From Sphagnum compactum (Eukaryota), in assembly GCA_965153455.1 (NCBI GenBank), contig OZ234493.1:16606213-16670212 (forward strand): 64,000 nucleotides of DNA. Reading direction: 5' to 3'. Position 1 is the stretch's first letter. Each line of letters opens with the position of its first letter. Below the pieces are notes generated by a model that was not told where the DNA came from, did no database searches, and saw only the letters and a list, made by a program, of their open reading frames with translations. The translations under genes were made by a program, and so were the position numbers. Shown here piece after piece: positions 13,973 to 29,201 of this stretch.

Positions 13973-15193
13973 CGTAATAAGTAAGATAGTGTCACACAAC
14001 AAAACATAGGATCATTACATTCACCAAATTAATTGAGAAGAAGACGGAACGAAAATGATGGAGAAAAACCAACTTTGGTTTGTTGGCTTCGTTTCTTATT
14101 ACACTTTTTGCACGTTGGTCTACTGCCGCCAGTACAATGGCTTGCCCTAATACAACAACAAAACCAATGCGATCACTAGTCCCGCTGCCACTTGCATCAA
14201 CATTTGGAGCGTCCGCGTGGTGGCCATGTTTTTTGTTGTTTACTTGCAGTTATTGTTTGGTTCAGTATTGAACTTGTCTCGCTTCTCCGAATCGCATCAC
14301 GTCCAAGTGATCTTCATCCTTTCTCTCCCATACCCTATTGTTCTTATAAGATTTCGAGATTCTTTCTATAGTTCTTGACACTTGGGCACATTTTCATGAT
14401 TTGCTTCCTCCTCTACTGTTTGTTTCTTCTTGGATGCTTGCAGTTTCCCCAAATGATGGGATGCATCCTTGTGCTCCTTTCTAGTCATTTTTTTCCTTTT
14501 TTTTTCTCACATGTTGGAAAGCTTTTATGCTATCAACGGTTTCCAATCTTTTTCTACAAGAGGCAACAAAAATAGGGTTATACTTGGTAACTATCTTTGG
14601 AAAGGGAATCAATTTTCATTTGAGTCTTTTTGTTTTCTACTTCTTGGCATTTGGAACTTACAAGGACAAAATTCATGTGCAAAGTTTTTGACAAGAGTAG
14701 CCATGATCAACCAAAAGGGAATGGCACTAAGGAAACATGTGATGTAAAGAAGAAAATGCAGTGGAAGCTTGGTGAGACATAGGTTAGATTAGAGTGTTTT
14801 GATTAAAGGTTTCTTCAACTTGACAACATAGTTTATCCGATAATGCTCTTGGATGAACATAATAAGAAACAAAAATTAATTCAAGGTCAAATTGTTAAAA
14901 TTTGATAGCAAATCGATGAAAGAATAGGGATGAAAAAAATAATAGAGATTACAATGAGCTTTCCACCCAATTTGGGAGGCCTATTTGCAACCCTTGGGGC
15001 CAATGTTCTAGCATTTATTAGTAACTTGGGGCCAATTTGCAACCCAAAAGTGCTCAAATTTGGCCCCAAGTTTTTTGGCCCTAACTCTTAGTGTAAAACA
15101 TGCCTTATTATTATACAAATGTATACACAAGGTCATCAATCCTTGGAGGTGTTACCGCTTTCTAATTGAGGTCAACACCACATGTAATGAATT

Positions 15194-15333
15194 CACTACA
15201 ACAAAAGGTGTCCCTGTACGCTAAGTGATTTCATTGGATTTTGAGTGAATTCACTAGTTGTAGTGGACGGGGACCAATGAAGACGTAGTAAATTCACTGG
15301 TCTAGTGAACTGCACCCACATTTTGTAGTAGTG
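15194..15333. mobile_element. 140-bp CACTA-type miniature element
   Basis: TIRs CACTACAACAAAAGGTG / CACATTTTGTAGTAGTG match at 15/17. Perfect 3-bp TSD ATT on both sides. Internal (A)ATTCACT/AGTGAA repeats. Confidence 0.8.
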
Positions 15334-18300
15334 ATTACTTAATTAATCTTAACTTAAACATTTCATAATTCCAAAAAATAAGCGCATAAAACATAAATAT
15401 CTAAAGTTTAAAATAACTTGGTAAAAGTAACCTATTAAGATATTGACATTCAACACAAAAGATGACACCTAAAGTTTTAAGAACAAAACTCAAACAAGAA
15501 GAATTGAATGACAAATGAAAATTCAACAATTAAAACCAAACAAGAAACTAATATTTTTCAAGGCTCAATGGTATGTGAAAAATGAACAATAAAAAAACCA
15601 AACAAGGAATAAAAGAATTCCAAGGTTGAATGACAAGTCCAAGAATTTTGTAAACAAACTCTAAATTGATTCATAAAATTGTAGTTCACTTTCAAAAGTA
15701 TTTTTCAAAAATCATATGAACATTTATAAATTACATTTAACATAATGTTCTTTAATAAGTTTTGAGATCAATTTTTTATTTGCTTCATTTGAACAAATTT
15801 GAAAAAGAAAAAGGTTGTCAAAATTTGGATTTTCAAATGATTTTTCATCAAACATGATTAAAAAAAATGTTGATCTTTCATCAACAAGTGGTTTGTTTGG
15901 TTTGACGGCAAAAATGTTGGCATGCTTAAGGTTTTTTTTTTTCAAATGATGTGGAAAAATATATAAGGTGCAACTTATTGGGGAAAAAATTAATTCATAA
16001 TTTACATAAATATAAATGCATTTCTTAGTTTTTTCCCAATTTTGTGAGGTAGCTAGGTTGATGACCATATTAGCCAAATTTGGTTAATAGGTCAAATTCA
16101 TCAAAAAGAAAAATAGAATTTTTTGGGGATTCCTCATATGTTGTGATGACAAGATAAATCGTAATGTCCAAATGTGTTTTTTGTGATGAATTTTCATCAC
16201 TTGGCAACAAAAAATTAGGGATGGGGAAGGGCCTTTAAAAATTTGGGAAAATTTTGCAAAAACACTAGTGCTTAGAATTAGGTTATGAAAATATATTAAA
16301 AATATTTTCACTTAAAAGATTTTCTTATGCCATAACATACCCAAAAAAAACTCCTTTATTTCTTTCTTCCATAAGAAAATACAAAGAATAACTTCCCTTA
16401 TATATGCATATATCACTTTTTAAAAAATACATTAACACTACAACATGTGGTTGTGATTCAAAGACATAATTGTTTTTTTGGAATTTCATGAAAAAAATTC
16501 AGAAATTTCTTCCACAAGTATTTTCACAAATTATCAACAAATTCACATGCCCAAAGTTTCTCATCACTTCCTACAAATAGTTACAACTACACATTGATTC
16601 CTAGTTTGATGCAATTGCATTCAACAATTAAATCAAAAATTTCACAAGTTAGTTTTAGTAGTAAGTACATAAGCATGGTGTTCCATGGTCTTAAATGAAT
16701 CCTTTGCTTTTAAAAAAGGTTAAAACATTAACACATAGACTAGATGTGAAGAAAGATGAGCACAACCGTATCGAAATTTCTCAACAAATGTGTAAAATTC
16801 ATAGAGGGACCATAAAGATTTCATTTAATGTGCATTCTAAAATGGTGGCATGTGTATTTTTGTGGAATCTAGATAAAGGAGCCCATTATTTATATCATTT
16901 TTTACACCTTATGTTAATGAAACATCAAAGGTTATTAGATCATCTTGTGCATTGGACTTGCAAAGAGATGGTAAAAATTGATTTTATGTGTTTGTTAGGC
17001 CTTACTCCTAGAGGGAGAGGGACTATTACTTCTAACAAGCTAACATTGGTCAAAATTGTTGTTTTTTTAATCAGATTTGTGTTCATGTGTTCTCATTTTT
17101 TGGGTTGTTCACATCTCTTCTTGAGCCCAACAATCTGAATTTCAAACTTGAAACTTTTTTTTTTGTACGGTGGGGATTTACCATCAATTTTACTGCAACA
17201 AGCTCATTGTTGGAAGCAAAATGCATTCGTACTTGTTGCTTTCAGTGAACATTTAACATCAACATTCTATTCAAGTCCTATTGCCCACATCGTTGAATGA
17301 ATAATTGTTCAAGCTTGCAAAGAGAAGGGGAGTGTGTAAACTAATAGCTCCAAAGTTGTATGGAACGACAATCTTAAAGCATTTAAGCTTGCAATCAAAT
17401 TGAATGAATGTTGCCAATGCAAGTTTACACTTTAACAAATCTAGACCCAACCATAAAACCTGAAGAATACAAAAGAAAATCTAACAATTCAATTCCAAGA
17501 TTTCCTTGAGAAGGAAGTTTTGCCTAGAAAGGGGATTCATTGTTACCCATTTTATTACACATGTATAATTTTCTAGCCAAATACTTAAAGATTCACTACC
17601 TCCAAGATAAGTACCATTTACCAAGTTTTGCATCCCATTTATTTCCGAGTGGAAGAGTGAGGCTCTTTCCATCAAAATTTTAAACTTTACTCATGAAAAA
17701 TTTACCCAAAAGTGTACTAACTTGTACAAAATTACCTACTTTCAGGGATAGGTGTCATAGGTTTCAATTTATTAATGATTACTCATTGGTATACTTGATA
17801 GTGAAATAGGTTCATATGGCTACCCCAATTATCCCCATTCCTAATATTATCAAGGGTGAGACTATGTTGGTAATAGTGAAATTGATGAATGGACAAGTTG
17901 AAGACAAAACATCAAGGTCAACCTTCTCCTCTCCATTGTTTTTTGAATCTTTTCGATTTTGTTATCATCATTTATGAGTAGGGCGGATTGCTCATTTTAG
18001 TGACAAAAAAATGTCAACCCTAGAATATCTAGCAACTTAGGATGTAAATGAGTTTGGATTGACAACACATCAAACTCAAGAACCTCAAAAACCAATTAGC
18101 TATTCAAACCATTGAAGGTAACAAGGTTTAAAGTTTATAAACTCACTTGAAGATCCAAGGTAATGAAAAAAAGTTGGCAAATTGAATTAAGGAATTGAAC
18201 TTGTTACTTTAAACTATTGATAAAGCAAGTGGAGGAGCTAATTGTTCCAATCCTTGAACTAGTTGCAAAATCTGAATGGGAACAAGAGGAACACAATGAA

Positions 18301-21043
18301 AGGAAGGCCTTTAGTTGAAGACTTGTTGTGGTTGTTGAACTATTTGCGGTGAAATCAAGGCAAGTTCAATTAAATGGTAGATGTTTCTTGTTGGTGGTTA
18401 TTAGTGGTTGTGTTGGAGGTGCATTGAACTTGTTGAATTTTCATGGAGTGTTTCAAGGCTTATCATGTTGAATTGTTTGGTGATCTGTTGGCCTAGAATT
18501 TGTTTGTTACATTTCAAGTTCTTGATCTATAATGAATCCTTCAAATGACAATATGCCATTACATTGATCTAGGCATTGCAAACATATCTTGATTCAAAGA
18601 ACAACTCCTTTTTTGAATTTTGTTCCAAGAATGTTTTCCCTTTTTAACAACCAGTCGTTAATTATTATGAACCTTTCTTTTGATAACAATAGGACTTCAC
18701 TAAGTGTATGAATAATTATCCTTTGAGTGGATGGCATTGCCTATAATTTCACCTAGAAACATCTATTTGGAAATATTACAAAATTGACTTTCATTTTTTA
18801 GTGGCACACAAATTTCAAATAAAACATGCAAGTATCAAGTGAATGTTATTGAAGAATCTAACACAAACAATCCAATGTAAGAATGATATTTTTCATGATT
18901 AGATATAGATGTCTATCATATTTTTGTAAAATAATATTATAATTACGTTTGGAAAATCCATTCCTCACTTAGTCAATCCCTTTATCTTCAATAGAATCAA
19001 CAAATTTAAATTCTCATGGCCACCATGTGAGGTCTGGAGAATGATGGTGTTTTCCTTGGCACAATGCTTGTGATAACACGTATAAACAATAACACAATTC
19101 AAAATACATCATTGTAGCCTACATTAAATACACAATTTTTGGTCAAAAATAATATAGTTTATTGTATTGCCAAGGATTATGAACTTGATATTGAAACAAG
19201 GCATTTTAAAGGTGTGTCATTGATGTTTTTGGGGGAGTTAAGCAAATTTTTAAGAATTTTGATATTTAAATATAATTGCCCTAAAATCACCTAAGTTGAG
19301 GAAGCAAATAACTTAGGAAGCAAATTCACCTTGTTTGTAACAATTGCTCCCCAATCACTAGGTGGGAGGTTGCTTTGATTGCAACAATATGAGTGACATT
19401 TTTGACATGACAACCCAATGAAAGGTGTATTGATGTGGACCACATCTCCACCAAATTTTTACATTATATAAGTCACTTTATTAATCATAAAGCAAAACAT
19501 TTTTTATTTTTATGTGAAGGGTATGGTGTATGGTGTCCAATAGAAATAAATGTATTGAAAACTTACTTTAGTTAAAGTGCATGATTCAAAGATTGAATAT
19601 ATTACATAAAAGGCCATGACTTTTGCTATGAAGCTCCGTGCATGTCTGTAAAAAAAGTTCAAAATTTGTCCCTGAATATTTAGTCACTTCCATTAACAAA
19701 ATGTCCTTTGAAAATTAATAAAAGTAAAACATCCATTTGTGGAAAAACCAATCTGATTAGCAAAGAACTTTCCACTATTGTAAGGTTTGTAACATTTGAA
19801 AAGTTCTTTACATAAAATAATGAACATTCCTTTTGAACTAATCCTTGGTTTATAATGAACTTGCCAATTTGGTTTTAGAAATTGATTTTAGGATAACTTA
19901 TTTGCACAAGATATGGTGGGTGGTAAAAGCCATTGCATAGTCTAAATCCTAAAGTGAATTGGCTAGATCATTTGATTGGTCCCCATTGCACAATCTCTTG
20001 TTATTATTGATTGATTAAGTTATCTGAGTGGTCCACTTGCTTTGTTATTAGTGGCCTCCCACTTTTTAAGGTCCCACTTTCAAGTTTATGGATGGGGCTT
20101 GAAATATGTAAATAAGTAGTAAGGGAGGTGAGAAAAGTTGATGTAGATCTCAATATTCAGTATGTGTGGGGATGCTTTAAAAATTCATAGAAAATCATAT
20201 AGTGTATTACAATACAAATACTTATAAAATAAATAGTTACAATGAATGGGCATTAAATTAAAACTTCAAATACTCAACATGTGATTGTATAAGTACATGA
20301 GTGAAACTTGTACATAAGATTCAACCAAAAAATTACAAAAACCAAAAGTCAAAACAAACATGGTCAAGAAATGTAGGAAGTAGAATTAAGAAACTTTTGA
20401 CAACCAAAACCATTCAGATAAGTGATTGAAACCCTTATACATGAAATTGAACGTGCCAGTGAAAAACATTATTTCTGTGTAACAAAAAATTCAACACAAG
20501 AACAAAAGGTGAAAATCAATTAAATTTTGAGTTTTTATGTGTGAGTGAAAGTTTAACACATACAAACAACAATAAAAATCAATAAAAACATTAATTACTA
20601 TGTGTGATTAAAATTTTAATACATGCAACAAAATATTGAAAAAAAATAAAATCAATTGTTCATAATGTATGTATTTAATTTCTTGTAGTTCAAAGACTTC
20701 TTAATTAAAGTAACTTCAATAGCTGTATATTGTCTTTAAGGAACATGTAACAAGTAAAATATTAAGTTTGTTTTATCATCATCAAAGTCGATTTTGCATC
20801 AACTTCAACCAAAAGGTTGATACAACACTAGTGTTTCAACAAACATGAAAACAACTTATCATGTATATTGGAACAACCTCCTGAAAAATGAAACGATTAG
20901 TAGCATAGGATGTTTGAAGTATCGATCCAGCGATGTTGCTGCTGCCTTAATCATGAAAAGTGGTAGTAAGCAATAGGATCTGCAGAAGGTAAATTAGCGG
21001 TGAGCAAAGAGTGCTTGCAGTTTGGAAAGTATGGCAAGTGCAG

Positions 21044-23502
21044 GGTGTTATGCAACTTCTTCATGCATCGAGCGTGTTTGAAAGGAGAAGATTGCATGTT
21101 CTCTCATAGCTGGAGTGACCAGGCTAGCCAGGTAAGTAAAGCGCATCGTCTCTCCTCTAACAAGCTTCGTGCATCAAAGTGTTTCCTTTCTGGAAAAAGA
21201 TTATGCTCACAGCTTTCAGTTTGCGCATGACTTTGTTTTTCCCCTCAATTAGAACATTGTTTTTTCAGTGGTCCTGTCATGTGTGTGTACTGATTGTTGT
21301 ACGATCATGTGCAGGTATGCACATTTTATCAGCGTGGCCTTTGTTCTTATGGCAGTCGTTGCAGGTATGAGCATGTAAAACTGTCCCGTCCAGTGTCAAA
21401 TAATCCTCTCCCTCCCCTACCAAGACCTTCAGTGGTAGCTCTTAACTCATCTCCAGACACAAGTAGGGCAGAAGAGAGCTCAAGCAATACCCATACACAA
21501 AGTGCCTGGCAACTCACAGAAGGCAAGGCTAAAATGGGTCCCCGATTTCTGGAAGAAGATGATGAAAAGGATGTTGAAGAGATTGAAATGCCAACGTCCA
21601 ACGACCCCAGTGAGACCCCAATCTGCGCGTTTGCAGCTGCTGGCATATGCCCTCGGGGTGATAACTGCCCGCAGATTCATGGTGACTTCTCCCCAACTTG
21701 TGGGAAGCATTGTTTGCATCCCTTTCGTCCATGAGAATGTGATAACCACAGGCAGCAGTGTGAACGTAACCAGAAGAAGCTTGAGGCACTTCGCAAGAGC
21801 CAAGATATTGAAGGCAGTGTCTGTCTGGAACGGGTGCTTTCAAAAACAACAGTTGCTGAGCGGAAATTTGGATTAATGTCAGGTCATTCATTTTGTGTTG
21901 GCTGTATACGGGGTTGGCGGAGTGGTTCTCATGCACCAGGGATGGACATTGATACTGTTGTGCGGGCCTGCCCAGTTTGTCGAGTAACTTCACATTTTAT
22001 AGTCCCAAGTGTTGTTTGGTACTCAAGTTCTGAAGTAAAGGAGGATATAATCAACGGCTATAAGAACAAGCTCAGGTGTGTGCATGAGACCTAAAGCTGT
22101 TTGTTCTATTTGATGTCCCTCTCACAACTTGAGGTTTTATTACCCATCTGACATACTACTTGACAGATGGTGACCTGATACATAATTGTCCTTTAAGATT
22201 ATACTCACCCTATTATGGACCTGTCTAATGACCAGCCAGCTGGTTGGATTTTGACTTGCAAGATTGGCGCAGCCATTCTGGTAGGCTTGTCTTGTGGCTG
22301 CACCCAGCTGTGACCATCAGTCTTTTATCTGGTCGGGTGCCTGATTTGTCAATATTTGTGTATATAGATTGTGCTCTGATTTGTCATAGGTGGGTGGTGT
22401 GTTGCACATTAAATGACTGGAATACGACCTCCTTTTCCATCCCTTCAACAATTCAAGCAAACAAGGAGATCAAGTGGACATGGAGGCATAAGGGGTGACC
22501 CCAAAGTCCTTATTGGTCTCTAGGTGTTTGCATTCTTATGTGAGAACATATAGAATGCTTTACCTTACCTCCTGATCCACAGACGTGTAAAAATACACGC
22601 ACAATGTTTTTGTAATTGAATGTTAGCGGTGTATTTGTGTGTGCGGTGATGTTGATTGTAAGTATTTTGACTATGGAAATGGAACATGTCCCTTTGGAAC
22701 TAGCTGCTTCTACAAGGTAAGGAAACCAGCTTTTTTTGTTCTCTGTCCTCTGTGCAACTCAAATTGTCATGTCAGAGTGTAGCTGACCCCCATGTGACCA
22801 TGTTGTCTTAACACATTTGACAATTCCGGTTGGCATCAGATGCTCCTGCTCAGGATTTTGCAGATTTAGCCGGTTTCATATGTTGACTTTCCTTCATCTG
22901 CAGCATATGTTTAGAGATGGAAGTAGGGAGGAGGTGAAGTTACGGCACCTTGGTGCTGCTGATGGGAACACTGTCATTGCCAAAAATGCTCGGTAAGCTT
23001 TTCAGGCTCCCATTGCTGAAAGGTTTTCTCCTTTGTTTTTGACCGATCCTTAGGAGCTTTGTGGTTTTCATGAAATTATTAACATCTTTGGTCAGGATGT
23101 AAGATGACCAAAGATGTTCAAGATGCATACATCATTTTAAGCTCAAGACTACCCTGCCGTGATTTTTTGTGGCTTCCTGACTGCAATTGTCCATGTCCTT
23201 TGATATCAGACCTTAAATGTGTTGCTGGCAGGTCAAGGGAGAAATTATTCTGGCAGATAAAGGGTTTGAGTGTTGCAACTTCTGAAAGCTTCTGTCCTCT
23301 CTAATGCTGGAGAAGGATTTCATTCTATTCTGCATTTTGAACGTTATGTGCCACTTGTTGTAATGGTTTGCAGTTTTTGAATCCAATGTTGTTTTGATTT
23401 TCTCTTGATATGGACAGGTTATTGGACTTCCTGGACAGATTGGTTAATGCCAGGGGAACTGGATGGATGAGAATGCAAGCGGGAACCAACATGGAGACTT
23501 AG
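21044..23502 (+). pseudogene. MKRN: Makorin (CCCH zinc finger + C3HC4 RING E3 ligase) pseudogene, copy 1
   Basis: Exons 21044-21131 (RVLCNFFMHRACLKGEDCMFSH), 21315-22075 ([20 protein letters not shown]...CPVCR), 22647-22716 ([21 protein letters not shown]), 22904-22992 and 23418-23502 (RLxDFL). Lesions: in-frame TGA 21732-21734; RING IECxVC changed to IEGSVC; loss of the Cys before HxFC; AG>GG acceptor at 22645-22646. Start exon not identified. Confidence 0.88.
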
Positions 23503-26500
23503 CTTGCCAAAAATACTAATATGACAGGAAGGACCAAGTATTTAAGGGCGCTTGACACAAAGGACTGCACACAACATGTGCATTCATAATCTGTAAGCTT
23601 TTACTTTGCCCCAGCAATTCTACCCGCACTCAAACGGGTTGCCTGACTGATCTATGGGGTAGTAAAGATTCATACCCTGTTGTCCAGATATCATGATCTG
23701 GGCAGAGATGATAGTTGTGTTATCAAATAAGTTCCAGGGTTGTCTGACTGATCAATGGGGTAATTGGATTGTTATATATACTTCCCTACACCCACTATTG
23801 GGAGCTGATGAAGTGAGTAGGGTGTTGTGGCAGCTAGTCATTGCTATTCATAGTGAAGTTGATTGTCTGATACTTTGCAAGTGACACTTGTCATGTTATG
23901 ACCATACTGAATTTCATCATCTGAGTTTTGCTTGTACTAGAATTGACCCAATGGTTAGGCCTTCACAGTGTTGCTGTGGAGTTTTCTTTGCATTCTCATA
24001 GAGATGTCATCTTCCTACTGATAAGAACATATTGCTGGCTCATGTTGATAATGGCTCACCTCTAGCAGTTGGTCAGCCTTGACTTGGACGGATAGTCTTT
24101 GAATTCATCTGAAATCATCCTGGTGATATTTGCTTGTTTTAGATATGATCTGAGGATGTGAATTTGCGAACAAGGAGGGGAGAATATTAAAGGCCTCGGA
24201 AGTACTTTGTTTGCAACTACCAAAGAACTTGAATAGACAGCGAGATGTGCAGTTCACATTGACACTTAAGGTGTGTTGTATTCAATGTATTCATCGAACT
24301 TTTGTTGTCTAATCCACCTGAAATGTCAGGTGTCAGTATACTATCTGAGCTATTACAGTAAAAAAACTCTTCAAATCTGTGTCAGCTTCTCTGCAATGAA
24401 AATGCCAGTGTGCATTGCACCTTCAAAAGTTAGTTTCTTGGATGGAGCACATTCTTTTATCTCTTCAGAAGAATGGAATGCTAGTAGTATGAGATGTTTT
24501 ATGACCTCGTCATTTGATTCATTGCTAGGATATCGGACTCAGAAGTTTGGTTCTACTGAATTTAGAAGCACACTTGTTGTGTCAGCATGGACATCTAAAA
24601 TTATTTTACAGGATCTTCAACCTTGCAGGCCTTAGCAAGATTGCGTAATTCTTAGGGTGTTGAAACAAAGTTGGATGACTCAGACACCCAGTACCTCGTG
24701 ACCCCAACTCCATTAGAACAAGGTTGGCTACAATGTTCAAACATCCAGAATGACAATTGTACAATGGTGAATTTGGGTATTTTTCTAAGTATTGTGAAGC
24801 CATCTCCACCAAGATAGAATATCCCTTGCACTATGTTTTAATTTGTGGATTTATGTCCCAATTCACCTATCCCACCAAATCTGGTCCAACCTCTAAAGCC
24901 CAAGATTGGAATGGGTGAAAATCTCTCTTTTGCCTCCAAATTGTAACTCAATTCAAGATTAGCCACCATGGCCATGGAATTGGAATTCATGAAATCACAT
25001 TGCCCTTAATGAGCATCCATGGCATCAACAATTTTAGTTGTTTTGGACATGGTTCACATATGCCCTTATTTCAAGGGAAAAACATTTTTTTGTTACAGAA
25101 GAATGCCAACTTTGTTGCAAGTTCCTTCACAATAACATGAGGGATTGACAAAGAAGCAACACATTCTAGGATGGGGTGTGACGACTACAAGTTAAAAGAA
25201 CATATTTGTTGAGCTGCGACACCTACTTTCCCATAAGGAAGTGAGGAATGCTAAAACATGACATTGCAAAGTTTTATGGTTATGTGGTTGTGTTGAATGA
25301 ATCTATGAACTAATTTGAAAAAGACACTCTACATAAAGTGGTGGACCTTCAAAGTGGTGGACATTCTCCAAGCTTGGTGATTTAATGAAAATCTTTAGTT
25401 GTTGTCTTTAGAATGTTATAGGAATATAGTGTAGGTTGCACTTCTCTATTCAAGAACTTTGCAAAATAATGACTTGTAAACTTAATACACATCACAAATT
25501 GTCAATAACTATATTACAAATGATACAAAATGTTTTGTAAATTCAAGGTTGTGATAATTACTCATACAAATATTTTTCTAAAACATATTTTAGCCACAAC
25601 TCTAATTCAAGATTTATGTTCTAAGCTTTCAATCTAATATGCACAAATGGAAACTTTTGGATTTAGAAGTTGTCTTACCATATTGGATTTCACATAAAAT
25701 TATCATATTTGCATGATATTTCCAAAATGTGATTGCAAATATGATACTTCCCACAATCACAAAAAAGGGAAGTATTGTTGATAGTGTCCATTTTAACATC
25801 TAGTCATTTGTTTAGGGGGGGATGAGGGGGGGGGTCCCTAAGTAAATTGATGATACCTTGTTACCACGTATAGTTGGACATTCATATTGAATCTTTTGAT
25901 AACCTTGTTAACATGTTTGTGTTGTAACATATGTACATATATAGATTATAATAACTTCAACATAAACTTAGAAATATTTCAAATCTAGTTGAAGAATTGT
26001 GGATAAGTTGTATGCTTGATGTAAACTTTTTGAAAACCCATTTACATATAACATTATTCTAGCGATGTAGGAATTGATTATATGGGGTTCTTTGCAAAAG
26101 GTTTTGTATGTCACTTTTACATGACCATTCTAGTCGTATGGTCGTCCTTGGAACCATTCCAAAGACAATTTCGAAATAACTACCTCATTTTCAAGCTTAA
26201 CTACTTCATAACTACTTTCTTTCCTATTAACTTTCATAATAAGTATTTCTCACCTTTCCTAATAACTACTTCTATTTTATAACTACCTCACTCCTTTTTC
26301 CTATCCACCAACATGGATTTTCAAATAAAATTAACATGTGTCTTTTCATGTCCATGAATTTTAGATTAATTTAAATTAAATTTGATATTGACATAAATAC
26401 ATGAAAACATTTATTTAAAAAATAGTTGAATGTCACTAGTAGTGTGCAACAACGTGGAAGTCAAATGTAATACATATGATTAGTTATTGTAAAAATTTGA

Positions 26501-27749
26501 GACAATGGTTACAACATGGATTCCTTTCAAATCTATGAATAATATGACTATCATTCCGAGTTTTAGTAATCTTCAAACCCATAATTAAAAAATTATTAAT
26601 TTCCAAGAAAATTGTTTCTAATGTCATGAAATTTAATGTAAATTTCCATGCAATACAATCTATTCAAATAGTTGCACATTACAAACATTTCAAAGTATAA
26701 CCTTTTTTTTTAAAATTGTTTACAAATATGTATGTGACCTTGGATGCAAGTAAGAATGGATACTTACAAAACCAATGAATAGGTGCCATTTTCCCAAGGC
26801 GAGATGTATTTATTTATATTAGTATCCACAACATATATTCCCCCCCCCCCCCCCCCCCCGCTAAATGTGGTGTGTTTATGTTTGTCTCATTGAAGATTCC
26901 ATTAAAGTTGCTTTGATCAATTGCATCAATAATTTTGAATAAATGATATTTCAAATTCCATGCGCCAAAACATGAACTATTGTAGCATTGAAATGGAAGT
27001 ACTTTAAATCCTATAAAAATTCTAAAAGATTTATGAAAAGTAAGTGTGATAAGCAAATGATTAAGAAGGCCAAATCCTAGTAACAACAATTGTGTTGAAT
27101 GACAACATATATTATAAAGAATTGTGAAACTTTGAGTTTATGGACCTATTGGAATACCTTTCCACATTTACAAAAAGGATAAATTAATTAAATGGACAAA
27201 TGTTACATTAAATATACATGTTGAATTTAATCATATAATGAATATACAAATCACATCCTTTTGGAAATGGAGCCAAATCTTTTCCATAGTGCGTTGAAAG
27301 GTTCTTGGATTAATGTGGCAATATATTGCAATCCTTTCTTTTTGTTCAATCCTTCCAAACCCTGCAAAACTTCTTGCATTTCCGGTCTTTGATTTGGGTC
27401 TTCCTATAAGAAACAAATGTCATAAAAGTTAGATGTTTATTATGTAATTGTTATACATTACAATCAAACCATGGCAAAATGCTCCAATAAATAGGACCAT
27501 ATGTTCATGTCTCAATTTTCATAACATAATTTGAACATGTATCCTTCAAAAAAGAGTGTAGAAACCAACTTATATTTGTATTCAACAACATAATTCTATG
27601 TTATTTGAAACTAGGATACTCAAATTGACTTTACATATCAATCATGCAAATGGTTTAAGGAATTCCAAATGAAATTGAATGTACCATTTGCATGTGCAAA
27701 CCTTCTTAAGAAGTTTTACATTCATTAATCAATCCAATTTAACTTATTT

Positions 27750-29201
27750 CACTAGTAGAAAAAGCGTGGTTTATGACTAAATTTTAGTCACAAACAACAT
27801 TTGCCACTAAAAGTTAGCCTAGTAGCAAATGACAAATTAGGAATGACGCTAGTTGCAAACAACAGATGAAATATTTGTTTTCATAAAATACACGTATGAC
27901 AATTTTACACATGTATCCAAGGATGAGTTCTTGCGACTACACTTACAACTACAATGTACAGCAATATGTTCACACCTGGTAACCTAAAAATGTAACACAT
28001 GGCATCATTTGAATTTTTTTCAATTATTCAATTAAAGCAATTTTATTGTGCCATGTGGTGGTTTAAGATTGAACGACATGACAACTTAAAATTTATAATC
28101 ATTTAAGGTTAATTTAAGGTTGGACCACTTATGATAGGCTAATTGGCACTTGAGCTAAGCCTAGGTTAGGCCACCTAACCTAATTAAATGCCTAATGTAC
28201 GTAACCTAATTTCAAGGTAAACCATTTAAAATAGGCCATGTGGCACCTAGGCTATGCCTAGGCCACCTAGCCATTGTCTAGCTTAGGTAGGTAGGTACTT
28301 AGGTCTAGGTCTAAATTGTTACAACAACATACAATTTTATTTTAAATTTAACCTATTATGTGGAGCGTATGTGATTAGCTCCTCCCATATGGCAACTAAA
28401 AAAATTTAATGTGTTTACACCAAATCAACCTATTTATATAGTTTGTAAATTTGAAATGGAAGACAAACAATATGGGATAAAATTTTATCTATAGCTCTTA
28501 GGCGCATAGTTCTAACCTAGTTGCAACTATTCCTTAAGATATACTATTACATAGCCTACCTACTAGGTAGCATAAGTTTTTACTAGGTAATAATTTAGAT
28601 AATATTTATTTGAAGTCAAAATTTAAATAGTTTAAAAATAATTATTTATTTAAAATACCTATTTAGATAGCCTCTAAATAAATATTTATAATTAAATAGG
28701 CCTATTAAGTAGCTAGTGGATACGTAGGCATGTATGTAGGTACCTAATAAATAGCTAGATAGCTAGGTAGATAAATGGTACATAGGTAGGTGTACATAGT
28801 AGGTAGGTAGGGTATATGCACCTAGTAAATAAATAGGTAGGTAGTAGGTAGGTAAGCATTTAGTAAGTAGGTATATACATATAGATAAATATGTATTATT
28901 AAATAATCTATATGTGTAGTTACTAGGTAACATATGTACCTTATGTACTTATAATGTAACTATTTTGGTTGCATGTGCAACTAAATGTATATATGATGTT
29001 GTAAAAATAAAAAGACATCATGAAAAATCAACCTATTGAAAAGATGAAATAGGTCATAATTGCAACCTAGTTGAAAAGAAGACCAAAATCCATCCAAATT
29101 TGAAAATTAGTTTCAGAGGCAACCATTCATAGTCATAAGCGACATTTAGTCGCACATAGTCACACAAGGAATGGTTGCAAATGACAAGATCTCTATTAGT
29201 G
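27750..29201. mobile_element. Non-autonomous CACTA element in the last intron of TPR-kinase copy A
   Basis: Termini CACTAGTAGA...TCTATTAGTG with TTT 3-bp TSD. Subterminal GTTGCAA/TAGTC repeats and an internal TAGG-rich low-complexity tract. Confidence 0.85.

Noticed and set aside
17481-17700. Possible Gypsy integrase C-terminal remnant (LPLGNKWDAKLGKW on the minus strand)
   Set aside because: Too short and degenerate to support without a search.
21732-21734. Programmed readthrough or selenocysteine at the TGA conserved in all three makorin copies
   Set aside because: Shared descent explains the conservation. Downstream RING ligands and a splice acceptor are also broken, so readthrough would not restore function.
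22244-26282. Short ORFs repeated in the duplicated blocks (e.g. MDFDLQDW, MIWAEM, MLYSMY, MGFFAK)
   Set aside because: They lie in makorin introns or 3' flank, recur only because of the recent duplication, and have no coding features.
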